Shown here: positions 11,507 to 23,566 of the stretch, piece by piece
Layout of the letters: the number at the start of each line of letters is the position of its first letter
How positions within the stretch are numbered: position 1 is the stretch's first letter
NCBI GenBank assembly: GCA_054600435.1
Contig: BAAIJX010000016.1
Location: 372,001-429,131, forward strand
Direction of reading: 5' to 3'
Source: Neophaeotheca triangularis
Taxonomy: Eukaryota
Length of the DNA stretch: 57,131 nucleotides
Translations under genes and position numbers: made by a program
The notes under the pieces: generated by a model
What the model saw: the letters and a program-made list of their open reading frames with translations, nothing else
Told to the model about the DNA's origin: nothing
Databases searched by the model: none

Positions 11507-12163
11507 CTATGCCTGAGAGTCCTACCGATATCGTTAAAAAAGCCGCTCGCTGTAGACACCCAAGCACTGATACCACATACCTTGATCTGCCGAACAAACT
11601 CATTCAAGCGATCGATAGTAGAGGCCTGTGTCTCGACCTGCTGCTTCAGGCTGGCAATAGTAGCGTCTTGGTTCTTGATCGTCCTGCGCATATCACTGCC
11701 AAGAGTGAGAATTGGCTGCAAGTCTGAGCTGGCCTTTTCGAGGTGGTCTTTAGCGGCGTTGAGATGTTGTTGCACGCTTTTTATGGGATTGGCAGCTTCA
11801 GAATGTGGTCAGCTTCGGCTTTTGGTGTATTTCAGATATTATATGGCCTCTTACTTTGGTCTTTGCCATCTTCTTTCACAGTCGCTCTTGGGGTTGTTTC
11901 GGGCGATGAGAGCTGGCTGGGAGGCTCCAAGAGTTCCGAACTGGATTGACTGGCGCTGGTGGCTGAGGTATGTCAATAAATCGTTCGAGGACCGGACCGA
12001 TGGTTGATAGCTCACCTTCATCTCCGTCGGTACCAGTGTCGCGGCGCTTACGTCCTGGAGATGCTGCCAGAGGAGATGATGGCTTGCGCTTGGAGCTCCC
12101 TTTGGCGCTGCGTGGCGTGAAGCCTGGGCTGGTTCTACGTGCTGTTTCGATCATTTTAGCCAT
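11507..12163 (-). CDS. Small orphan coiled-coil protein (4 exons)
   Basis: ATG 12163 (MAKMIETARRTSPG...KRKPSSPLAASPGRKRR). Introns at about 12015-11963 (GTGAGC..TTGAC..CAG), GTAAGA..GCTGAC..GAAG and GTATGT..TTAAC..TAG join the ORF pieces in frame to VQQHLNAAKDHLEK...IASLKQQVETQASTIDRLNEFVRQIKDSQA*. Confidence 0.65.
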
Positions 12164-13615
12164 TGCGAAGGAGTGTTGTTGTGGGGATGTGTACAAGAGG
12201 TGCTGGGTCAAAGATATGGTTACTTTTGTGGCTTGCAGAAGATTGAAAGCAAAAGAGCGACAATGTTCCACTCACCTCACGTGGTGACATTGAAAAGACC
12301 AAGTCTGGTAGTTTCTCTACGCTACTAGTTATCTCTAATACATAGTTCATACTTCTTGACTTTCGTACGCGGATCTACTCGCACGCATCAGAACGACATG
12401 CTGACAGCGCTCGCAGCAGCGATGATTCCGCTCAGTTGTTTCTGATGCTAGTGAGTTGGTGACGTGACTCTTTCTAGCAATTGGCTTGAGTCTAGCCATG
12501 TTCGAGTCGGGTGATATTGGACTTGATTGTGACCGGTGAAGTGAGAGGAAGTCGACTAGCAGTTGACGGGATGTTTGGGCATCGGGTATTGGCGACTTTG
12601 GCCGGCTCGAAACATTGCCTTACAAGAAAAAGCAAGAGTAGCTCAGCCACGAGGGGTACCTACTTCCACTAGGTATCCGAACCAACTCGCGACTCCTCCA
12701 TTGTTGTGTCGGACCCGTAGCATATACGACCTATTCTTTTCACGAAATATCCTTTAACATGCCTGAAAACAGTAATGCCATACTTGTTTGTGGTGATGGA
12801 CTGTGTCCGTTTGAGTACCATAGGTGACTTCCATCAAATTTTTGGTGAGACTTTCAATTCGAGTGGATGAGACGACGGTGTCCGCATTACTCCTAAGGCG
12901 GGCTGATTCAATCCAAGATGGAACAATCGCATCTTCAGCGGTGGGTGTGGATGGTGTCTTCTTGAACTCGGTAATATGATGGGCATACGACCCACTGGAG
13001 GCGTCAAGGGGTTCTCATGCTCATGGCTCCCGAGGTTCAGAAGGAAAATGGGCAGTCTTACGATGCGGCCAACCGGTTTTATTAGCCGCTCAGATCGAGC
13101 CAAAGCAACGTTGTGGCAAGCGACCCCGAGGGACTGTAAACCCATGTCCCAAGTCGGAGGGAGGTATCACCGTATCAAGATCATGCCGGGTGGAGGGGAG
13201 CTGAAGCCGGAGCGAAAGCTACCTAGAAGTTTGGGATGAAGTCAATGGAACAGAAAGTCCGGGGTTCTCCAATTGGTTGACAGTCGGAGACTTTAACGAA
13301 CATTAGCGACGACATATACATAAGATCGATTCTTTCGATGCTATAGACCGTCTGTTCCGTTTGCCTCTAGCTAATAGCATTACCCAAGTAAGTAGGTAAG
13401 AACACATCTTCAAGACATAGCACAAGACTTACAAGTCCCACGCACGTTCATTCATTCAGCTACGATGTACTGTCGTCTTGCCTTGAGAGGCAATGGGCAA
13501 AGGACTAAAAAATGCAGATAGAGTGTAATTCTGTCTTAGTGTTATTCCTGAATGCAGTTTGGATACACAAATAAGAGCAAAAAGAATAGAGGATCGAATG
13601 ATCCTTAATTTCAAA

Positions 13616-13686
13616 TGCATCGGCCGGGAATCGAACCCGGGGCTAGCCGATGGCAACGGCTAATTTTACCACTAAACCACCAATGC
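13616..13686 (-). tRNA. tRNA-Gly(GCC), intronless
   Basis: Minus strand reads GCATTGGTGGTTTAGTGGTAAAATTAGCCGTTGCCATCGGCTAGCCCCGGGTTCGATTCCCGGCCGATGCA. Acceptor stem pairs, anticodon stem AGCCG/CGGCT surrounds TT-GCC-AT, T-loop GTTCGATTC. Confidence 0.97.
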
Positions 13687-15048
13687 TGTTGAACCCATCT
13701 TTGCTGATGCGATTCGTGGCTGAGAAAGAGTTTTTCTAACTATATTCTCTTGCACTTTTGGGAAAGCACAGCATCTTACTCTTCACCTAGCTGAATTGGT
13801 AAGACCTAGATCCAGCAATAACTTCCAACTCTTAGCAACCGCGAGTCACTGAAAGCGGTCTTCTCTACCCCAAGCGCTGAAATCTCACTGAACATGGCGA
13901 CGGATCAACGCCATGAAAGACTTAACGACCATAGCCTGTAAAGTTCGACTCTTAACGTGTGTGAGCATTCCAGGCTCAGTCCAATTCAAGATGGATACAT
14001 TGCGCTGGCGATGACATTGACGCGGGAACACATACAATGATGTCAAAAAGCAACGTCTCGTAAGAATAATCCAACGGCATGTTTGCATACTCTATCCTCA
14101 AGGACTGATGGCGCATGCAACGTTTGATGTACAAGTAAGTATAGACTCTAGCTCCCTACCCTGCTCTCCATCCCTCTCCATTTCAAAACGAGCCGAAGAA
14201 CAGATGCTTCCCTCAAACATCTCTACCAACGCTCCTTCAAGAAGTTCCATCCCCAAGGCAGAAGCCCTCAAGACCAGTAGCTATGTATATCAAAGACGCC
14301 ATTACATCAGCTTCCCATCTCAACCTCGCGGGTGAGGTGAGCAAAGATGGGCAAGTCTTTCTTGCGACTCCGATAAATAGAGAGAGTGTGTGCCCGTGAC
14401 CAAGCGATTAGATGAGTCGATAGGGTCGATAGTATTGCTGTGGTCCTTGAGCCGTGGTCTTGAAGCCATCCTGAACCAAAAGCCTTAGGCGGAGTCCATA
14501 CCCAGCGCGCATCCCTCATGTCCCATCCCACCGACAGACCAGCAAAGCAAGACAGCAGCAACGCTCACCTCTGACGACCATCGGGCAAGTCAAAGGAGGA
14601 GAAGGGACCTACGCCGCCCCCTTTCCCCTAGGAGAGAGACTATGTAAACCCACTACAGTGGCCGCTTGAAAGCAAGCCATCAGCCCACCAATCAAACACC
14701 GTCGTGAACCAGAAGAACGACGGCTCAAGGCCACCCCCCACCCGAAACCTCACCAATGCAAAACCCGACACCAGCCCGTAAAAGCCCCAGAGGAAAACAG
14801 AAGAAAAAAGCCGCGAGAACAAAACATCAAGAAGCAATCCCCCCATCTCTCTCCCCCTCTCTCACAGACTTCCAAAACGCAAGCAAAAAAAGACCCAAAG
14901 ACCGTACGCACCCACACCTACTTTGGCAAGAAGAAAAGTCCGTCAAATCAGGATGGGGAGCAGAAAAAGCCACAAGACCAAACCACATGACAGCAAAGCA
15001 AAGCTGAAAAGGAGAGAAAAAGAGAAACATTCTGGGTATGATACTAAA

Positions 15049-15201
15049 CTGTCCCTGTCCCTGTCCCTGTCCTGTACGTTCATCATTCCGCTCCGTTCCG
15101 TCTCATTGGTGTACCTGCCCAATCCGTCTGTCTTCAGCCATAACACTTTGAAGTACCGCACCGCACCGCACCGCACCGCACCCATCGATTCGATTCGATT
15201 C
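15049..15201. repeat. Microsatellite cluster (CTGTCC)4, (ACCGC)5, (CGATT)3
   Basis: Directly visible tandem units downstream of the Hsp70-like gene. Confidence 0.9.
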
Positions 15202-15512
15202 GCAATGAAAATCCCTCCTTCGTTTTCACGCTCGACCGACGAGAGACGATGTCGCCACGTGAACCAAGTAAAAAGCCGCTCACCCACGAGCGCAAGAAGG
15301 TCGTCGATGGAGAGCATGGCGCTCTTTAGTTGCCTAAACCGCCCACCGCCCATCCATCAGAGACGAGCGAGCGAGCCCTGAGCCCTTGGAAATCTCCAGC
15401 AGTCCAGGCGCCCGCCATCCAGGCAGCACCCACGCAACCTCCCCCCTTTCAAAACCCCCCAAACCCCACCCCCACAATCTCCACTCCACTCCGCCCCGAA
15501 GCGTGCCCCCCC

Positions 15513-18088
15513 TCACCTAAACCTAGCCGAACATCTCCCCATAACCTCACCCTGACATACCAACTCAGCATTGAATTCACTCCCATCAAGCGTGAGGTAG
15601 ATGTCAAAGTAAACGCGGTAAAAAGTCCCCTGAGGCGTATCCATGCGCTCAAAATCCTTTTCCAGATTCTTGCGGCTGAGGTCCGAAGTCAGAGTTACGA
15701 TTTCCTTGATACCTGCGCGCATCATCACTGTCAGTAAAACTTCTTTTCTATTTCTTTGCGGGGTAAGTGTATTTCAAAACTCACGAGGATCCTTGGTATA
15801 CTCTGGGCACACATCTTCATCACACGCGTAGAGCACATCCTCATACATGAGCGTGGCGCCGGGAGCGACCTGGCGGAAAAATGAAACTTTGACGGGCTCG
15901 CCAATCTTGACGCGCTGGCCCCTTTGCACGAAAATTTGACGAGTGTACTTGCAGCGGTCCTTGCCGTCGAGGGAGGGGACGCGGTATTGCTCCGGATGGT
16001 GGCCTTCCTTGAATGGTTGCAGCGTAGCCATGAGGTAGTGGCGACGGGCGACGCGGGAAGTGATGACGCGCTCGGTGATGCCTGCGGTGACGGCGCCTTT
16101 GACAATGGCCGCGACGCTGTCCATGGGTCGGACGACCTTGTTTTGGAATTGTGGCGGCACGTGGAGTTTGATTTGCTGGAAGAGGTATTCAGACGCGCCG
16201 AAGCCGCCGACGACGAGGACGTTCTGGGAAGCATAGGGTTAGCTCGGGAAATTGAAGGATGTTGAGGTTGGCAACTCACCTGCAACAACCTGTTCTGCGC
16301 CTGAATCGCAATGATCTGGTTCCTAACCAACTCCAGGATCCGGTTAACAACAGGCTCAAAGCACTGCAGAATTTCCTCATTCGTAAACGTCATGTAACCC
16401 TCCTCAATACCGGCTTCGGGGAATTCAGCCTCAATGCCAACGTCCACCGCCCACTTCTGCCCGTTGTTTCGGAAGTCCGCCTTGATCCTGTTCTCGAAGT
16501 CCATGATGCACTTGGCGTACACCTTGCCCGCAGTCTTGGAGCCATCCGGCAGTTTCATCTTCCTGATCTTGGACCGGAGAATGTTGGAAAAATTGCGATT
16601 GAGCGCGGTCGAACCGCAAGAATCTCCTGAGCCTGCTGTGCACTCTGCAACCGTAAAGGGCGACTCCTCTTCGACTTCGTAGGCGATCAAATCAACGGTA
16701 CCACCGCCGCAATCTACTATCAGCACGGCATCGTGTATCTTCAGGTTCAGTAGTCCGGTCTTTGAGCAGAACATGGCAGCAGCCTCGGGTTCGGTGATGA
16801 GCGTCAAGCGGTTGTCGTTTTCGTTGCGAAGGAAACCCGCCTGGATGGCTGCAGCTCTCGTCGCAGCCTTTCCGGCCTCGTTCCAAATAGCTGGCACTGT
16901 CAGGAAGTACTTGATGTTCTGCTCTTCTCGATTAAAGACTTCACCCAACGTCTTTTGCAATTGGTTGCGCATCGCTTGTCGTAGCTTGAAGAGGTAGTCG
17001 GCCGCGACGTCGATCTCCGACTTTCCCGGTGGAAGTGGTGGCAGGTTGATTGGATCTATGTAGGTGTTTCCGCTTAGCATGAGCTGGAGCTTGAACCACT
17101 CGACTTTTTGTACTCCTGGTTTGGGATAGCCGGTGGGCGCCAATGCATCGGCAATGTCTGGTCCCCAGCCAACGACTTGTTGGTGTTGGTCGTAGTAGAG
17201 TACGGTCGGGATCTTGCAGATAGTTGTCAGTATGGGAGGCTCGCATGTCATCACGCTTAACGTTACATACCTTCTGCTTCGTCTGCGTGCCTGCGCCAGG
17301 CCATTCGACAATGATATCCTCCTTGGCCTCGGTGTTTGTCGCGAACGCGAACGCAACACCGGAGAAAGTGGTACCCTACGAGATAATGTCAGTATATTCT
17401 CCCCTCTTCTCCAATGTAGACCAGGCTTTCAACTTACAAAGTCAATGCCCACAATCAACTGCGCTTTACTCCTCTGACTGCCTTCGACTTCAACCATCGG
17501 CCTCCCGTATATGCCCGGAGCATGAGAAACTTGTGTTGGCTGCGTGTAACCGTAGTTGCCGGTCATGCCATAGTTTGGTGGGGTAGGCGCGGCCTGGCCA
17601 TACATTGGATGCGCCGAGGGAGCGTAGGCGTGCTGGGTGCCGGTGTTGATTGGAGGGGGTGGGTGAGGGCTATTGGGCCTGGCTTGGTTAGGATGAGGGG
17701 CTCCCAACGTGTTTCCGCCGGCATTGGCATACTGGTATGATGGAGGCCGACCTTGCGGCATTTGCCCATGAGGGTTGTTGTTCATGGCGAGCGACGTCGA
17801 CGAGGTCGAGGCCGGGTTAGTGCCAGCGACGGCTGCGGAAGCGGCGGGGCGGGATGTTTGCGGTGATGGTGAGGGCGAGGTGGTTCCGTTTGTGGTAGCG
17901 CCGGCGGTTGGAGGTGCAGCGGTGCCTGCGGCGAGGCCGGCGCTGGATGCCGAGGTCGAGTTGGAGGTGCTGTTGGCGGCGGTGGTGGACGAGGTGGTGG
18001 TGTTGGTGGGGGTAGAGGTGGTGGACTGGTTGCTAGGCCTGCGCGTCGAGCCTACAAACTTGCGGAATCGACTGTTCATGGACGGCAT
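15513..18088 (-). CDS. Atypical Hsp70-family protein (HSPA12-like actin-fold ATPase); exons 18088-17438, 17375-17271, 17212-16280, 16223-15785, 15712-15513
   Basis: IVGIDF|GTTFSG phosphate-1 motif across an intron, LTVPAIW, EPEAAA, VDCGGGTVD, LVVGGFGASEY. Four canonical introns restore one frame. Long low-complexity N-terminus, no EEVD. Confidence 0.92.
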
Positions 18089-20646
18089 GAGTTTACTTGA
18101 GCATCGCAGTCAAGTCAAGACAACGACAGCGACGGCGCAGGGTGGGTGGGCAGGCAGGCAGGTGGGCGGGCGCAAGGCTGACGAGCAAAGGAACAAAGAG
18201 AGTACCTCCTAGGTAAGGTAAGGTAGGCAAGTAGGTATGTAAGGTCAGGTAGCCTCAGCGGCGCTTCTCAGCTTTAGGTACGTTAATTTGTCGGGGCTGA
18301 TGACAGACGCTTTCCTGTTGGGTGAGGAAGAGCTTCGGCAGTGGGGAGTGTGGGTGGATGCCCAGGTGGGTAGTAGGCGCGCCGGTGTGCGGTGATTGCT
18401 TGATAGACAATGACAGCGGGTGCAAGGCGTGCGATTGTTTAGTTTGCAGCGACGGTGAGGTGGTGGTGGTGGTGGTGGTGGTGGTGGAGGTGGGAATTGT
18501 GGTGATGGGGTGTTGACAGCATGGGCAGTACTAGTAGTAGTAGTAAGGTAGGGTAAGGTAAGGTAGTCAGGTAACTACAGCCCGTACCTAACTAGTCTAC
18601 ATAGGTAAGTAACATTAGTATCGGTGGATGTGACGAGAGATTAGCCGGACCGTGTTATGGCTTGGCGCACTGCTCACCACAAGGTCAGTCCTACACGGTA
18701 AACTCGAGGGGTTGAACCAACAGTCTCGTCACGAGAATAATGCCATTTCTATTACCCTCACAACTACAAAATATGTGTATTCCAATCAAGACCTCAGTAA
18801 AAGTAGAATACATAATTTCACCATGATTTACCCAACACACAGCACCACTCGGGAATACCCATCACATCCTCCTACATTCGAGTCCTTTCACATGGACATG
18901 GATTCCATACCACTCCAACCCGAACCTCACCTAGACCCTACCCATGTACAGTATGTAAGGGAGGTATCCAACAACAACGCAATCAGATACCTACCACGCC
19001 CGGTATCTCCAACCCTAAACCCGATAACCGCCTAACACTTCCACCACCGCGTAGTGCGAGCACCGATCGCCCTCTGCCGATCCCCTATCACCTAGACACA
19101 GATACTACAGTACGCTCACTGCTCACACCCATCCGGCATCCGCCTTTGCAATAGGTAACAACCAGATAATCCCCCGCTCCAAACCCCCTAGACCGCCACC
19201 TATCTCCATGAAAACACCAGTAAACAACAAACCCCCCCCCCCCCCCCCTTCGCATCCCACCCAATTACAACCCAAAACCCCCCAAGCTCCTGCGACAAGT
19301 GACAGTAGTACGAGTCCTCCATTTTCGAGAAACCAGCTAGAACATCTACACTAGACCAGACTAAACGAGCATTATAGACAAGCATCCCAAACCCCTCGGA
19401 AATCTACCGAGCTCCTAACAACAAACGACAGATGTAAAAAATCCAACCTAAACTCACCCTCCCTAGATTTAAACCCCCTTCCCCCTGAATAGTCAGAAGT
19501 CTTATCAGAAATTCATCATGCTTCCTTCCAACTCATCTCTTCGCTCGAAAAGATCGGTAGTCAGCAAGTCATCAGCAACCCAAAGGCCCCTCCTCATGCA
19601 TGAAGATGGGGGATTAATCTAATAGTTATTAACAGAGCTCAATCGATCAAAAGCACGACTCGCGCGGCAAGCCTTGGCCCTTTCACCGGTCGCAAAAGCT
19701 GGAAACTCGTAAAGAAATACTTAAGAGTTAATCCGGCCCGAGCTCGACCGAGAAAGTGGGGGCACTGGGCAGGACTCCCAAGGCTCAAACATCATACTAC
19801 TGCTTGAACCCTTGTAAGACTCCATTTCTTCACTCCGCAACCCATGCGTGCGGCGTGCCATGCTGCCGTGCTGCCGTGCATACACGACTACGCAAAGACA
19901 CTCGCGACCTACCTCTCTAAAATCACCCATGACTAACTAGTACCTAGGTACGCACCTACACTGGACAGCATCCAAACAAGCCGGTTAGATATTAGGAATC
20001 TAGTGGATGAGGAAGCAAAGGATTCAGATAAAACATCTCGGAGCCCGTGGGCTCCCGAAACGGCCCGTTGTAATACTCATAGCTATGTAATTGTTGTTAC
20101 AGTACCTAAGAAAGGCAGGAGAGAAGGAAAATATTGCTGGTAGGACGGCTGTTGAGAAAGCTGTCGCGGCGACCGGGAAACGCTCTCCTCCCGCATTCAT
20201 CGAGGAAACTCGACCGATATGCGAACTTCACCCTTTGCATCTTTCTCTGTTGGCAAAACCGGGGAGATTGGCGGGTTTTGTGCGGTTCCACGTCCACGCC
20301 CTCATTCTCGAATTCCTGTTTCTACTCACCTACTCCCTCTTTCTTTTGGGCTTTTTTGCTGGTTTTTCTGCTGCTTGCGACGTCCTGTGTCCTCTTGGGA
20401 TTTTCTCATCTGGTCGGAAGTGGATTATTAGCAGCTCGGTTGAAGGAGTCTGTTACGCGGCGAGTATCACGGCTTCTTACCCATATTTGATGCTCCGAAT
20501 TTCATGCAACTCGGTGGTATTGTGCAGCGAATGCTCCGGAATGGACACGCTGCTGCCGTCACCGAATGTCCGCCATATAGGTGCTTGCGATCTGCTGTTC
20601 CGGTGCGGGTGGGTGTTGGTGTGGTTAGTGCTCGACCAAGGAGCCT

Positions 20647-22963
20647 TCAGCCTGGCCTGGAGAGTCCGGGTAGTGAGGAGACACGCGGCGGAATGTAGGG
20701 TGCGGCTTGTTGGGCAGGCGCAACATCGCCCTGCTGAAACTCGTGCATTGTCGGTCCAGGCTGGGCTTGAGGCGTAGGAGCCTGAGCAGGCGGGGTTGCA
20801 GTCGTCGAGACCGGCGTGGTTGAAACAACAGGCGTAGATGCAGCGGGCGTTCCATTGGTCGAAACATTGCCGTTGACGACTGGCGGTGCGAGCGTGGCAG
20901 AGGTCTGACCCTGAATCGACTGCTGGCGCTTGGGGAGGTTGTTGTTTTCCTACAAATATAATGTGAGCGGTCAGTTCACGTACGGAAGGGCGACGCCATA
21001 AGCGCTGCGGATAGCAGGTTTAGCAAGTTCTCTTCGTGCGGTCTTCACTCACGTCCAGGTCTGCGCTTGATTGGTCTCGTTTCTTAGACGCTGCTGAAGT
21101 TCCGTTCGTAGTAGGTGTATTTGCGACGGGCGCGCCGTTGCTTTGCGGTGCTGATGACGCTGCTGCCTTCGCCTGCTTGTTCTTCTTTGGCTTCGTGGGT
21201 CGGATCTCGCCCTCTGCGAAGAGATCGGCGGGTAGGTCGTAGCTGTTCAGTGTTAGCGCGCGCACAAATCATAGAGAAAGTGGTAAACTCACTTCCTGAC
21301 GTGGACAACACGAATGGAGTGGATGTTCTCATTGTAGAGATTGACCCGGTCAGGGGGCGCTTCAGTACAGCGGCGTTTAAACTCCTGGATCGGCCATGAG
21401 ATGTTGAGGGCTTTGGCATCTGATCAGAGTTAGCGAGAGCGGTTGTATCTTAAGGCGATGGTGAGAAAGCTTACCTGGCTTCAGCCCCAGCCCAACGTAG
21501 TAGGTAGTTGTGTAAATCTTCTGAGGCCACTCATCACTGGCGCCGTCTCCGTCTTCTGTTGACGGTACGGGCTGACCTTGCGCGTCTGCCTGGGCGGCAG
21601 CTTCGACTTTGATATCCCCGGCTTGCTCGGTGGTCTGAGTCTCCGTGCCTTGGATTTGGCAGGACAAGTCTCCTTGCAAAGTCTTGTCGCGCTGCTCCTC
21701 GTTCTTGCACTCGAAGATGCGGTCGAAGCCTTTGTTGTACGGTTGGGCGATGTCGACACTGGGAGCGGCATTCTCGATGCCAGTCACCAAAAATCTCAGC
21801 CTTGACTGCACAAGACCGGACCAGGCTGACTGAGCTTCCTTCGACTTGCTCGCGGAGATGATGGTGATGTAGTGCTTGTACGCTTGAGAGAAGAATGCAT
21901 GTCGCTTGAAAAGATCCTTCCACTCTCCGTCACTGTTGTAGATGTTGTCCATGATGCTCTCGCCTCGAGCCAATTCGCTCATGAGCACCTTCTTAGTGGA
22001 CATGGTGATGTTGTACGTAGAGTTCATGGCAGGGTAAGCAGGTGTGATGATGGGCATCAAAGCGTATCTATCGCCTGGGTTCGCATCCGGGTTAAATTCG
22101 CGCTGCTGAAAGTTACCCTCCTCTCGACGCTGCAACATCAAAGGTTTAGGCCACTGCCAGCTCTTGATGAACCAGAAAAACTTCCACACGATGCGCGAAG
22201 CCTCTGCCTTGGGGAAGAGCTGGCAGACTCTCGCTACCATCATGGCGTATGCGACACCTCCAGGGAAGCCAACAACGTTACCGTAGATGGCACGTCGTTG
22301 AGCCCACAACTTGATAGTACGAAGAGCGATGCGGAACGTCCTCGATTCCGGGACGAGCGTCAGAATGCGATCCGTCACTCGAGTCCCGTTGACAGAGCGC
22401 CAATCAATCTCTGACAAACCCTTCATCAAGTCTGTGTTGGTCAAGTCCAGGTCCCTCGGGATCGAAGCTTGCTGTAGGCTGACAAAGATCAAGTCTACGC
22501 TGACACCGCAATACTCGAGCTTGATGATGGGAACTGTAGCCTCCTCCACGGGTACCATCTCTTCAATGTCATTCGGTCCGGAGTTTTGCCTCAAGAAGTC
22601 GGGAAAGTAGTTGAAGAAGTCGCTGCGCATGACGTGCTTAGGGGCAACCATGAGAGTGTCGATGTCGGAGCCGGGACCGAAAACGCCCAGCCTAAAGCTG
22701 CCAAAAGTGAAGATCTTGCCGCCTGCGGTCTCGAGAATGCTTTGCGGCAAGCCTTTGCGCCTGCCCACCATCATCACAAAGCTCTTGGTGAGGCGACCAA
22801 ACTTCTTAAGTACATCTGTCCTGCGCTGTTGTCCTTCTGCGGTCTCAAAACTCTTTTCTGCCTTCAGCTCTTTGATGAGGGCATCGCGGAGCTCCGTGTC
22901 CTTTGTGGATGGTCCGTCGGTCGAAATTGGCCCGCTCACTCCATAATGCCTGGGATCTGCCAT
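20647..22963 (-). CDS. PAP1: Canonical nuclear poly(A) polymerase; exons 22963-21475, 21419-21293, 21242-21053, 20949-20647
   Basis: YGVSGPIS N-terminus, FGSFRLGVFGPGSDIDTL catalytic motif, VPIIK, NGTRVTD, IKLWAQRRAIYGNVVGFPGGV, MPIITPAYP. Splicing the last intron gives bipartite NLS KKRDQSSADLDENNNLPKRQ. The exact C-terminus is uncertain. Confidence 0.95.
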
Positions 22964-23566
22964 GTTTGCGAGTATTTGAGTTTCCCTGTTGATCGTCGCA
23001 AGTTCGAATGAGGTGTTGCCTCGACTATGAAGGTGCTAATTAGACTTGCAGTTCGAGGAAGACGGAGACGTGGAGTTTGGCTAGATACTAGCGAGCCATG
23101 GTGTGGTCGGACGTGGTGGCGGTGATTATGGTGGTCGATGGGAGAGGTGAAGTGTTGGGTTGGTCGAGAGAGGGTGTGTGGTAGGTAGGTTCCAGGCAAG
23201 TAGGTAGTTAGGCAGATTCACTTTCGAAGCTGTCGGCTTTACATGGGCAACGCGCTAGCGGCGCGAGTTCCACGCTCGCTCGACCTTCCCGTGTACTGTC
23301 AGGGTGAGGTTCCGCTCAAACTCTGACCCTACAACATCATTCACTCATTCATCTGCCATCTTTCCAGAAAGGCATTCTGACGATTCTGGTGTTTTGGGTG
23401 AGGTGCAATGTCTTGATCTTTCCGCTGACCTTTTTGTGAGGTCTTTGTGCCAACCATGGGAAAACCATCAATCCTCGTACATAACAGCAACTTCTCGGTC
23501 GTCCACTCCAGCACTTCTAGATCAGCGACCGGCACAAATTGCACATTATTACCGCCCAACTCTGGA

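Noticed and set aside
12836..12850. AAATTTTTG|GTGAGA as an Sm site plus 5' splice site (snRNA or telomerase RNA 3' end)
   Set aside because: No U1/U2/U4/U5 signature or telomeric template upstream. It fits an ordinary donor site.
20091..20777. 228-aa plus-strand ORF
   Set aside because: TTG start, antisense to the PAP1 3' region, no motif.
20984..21004. 21-nt microexon or stwintron inside the PAP1 last intron
   Set aside because: The second intron (GTACGT..TAG) would be only 34 nt, and no split donor or acceptor of stwintron type is formed.
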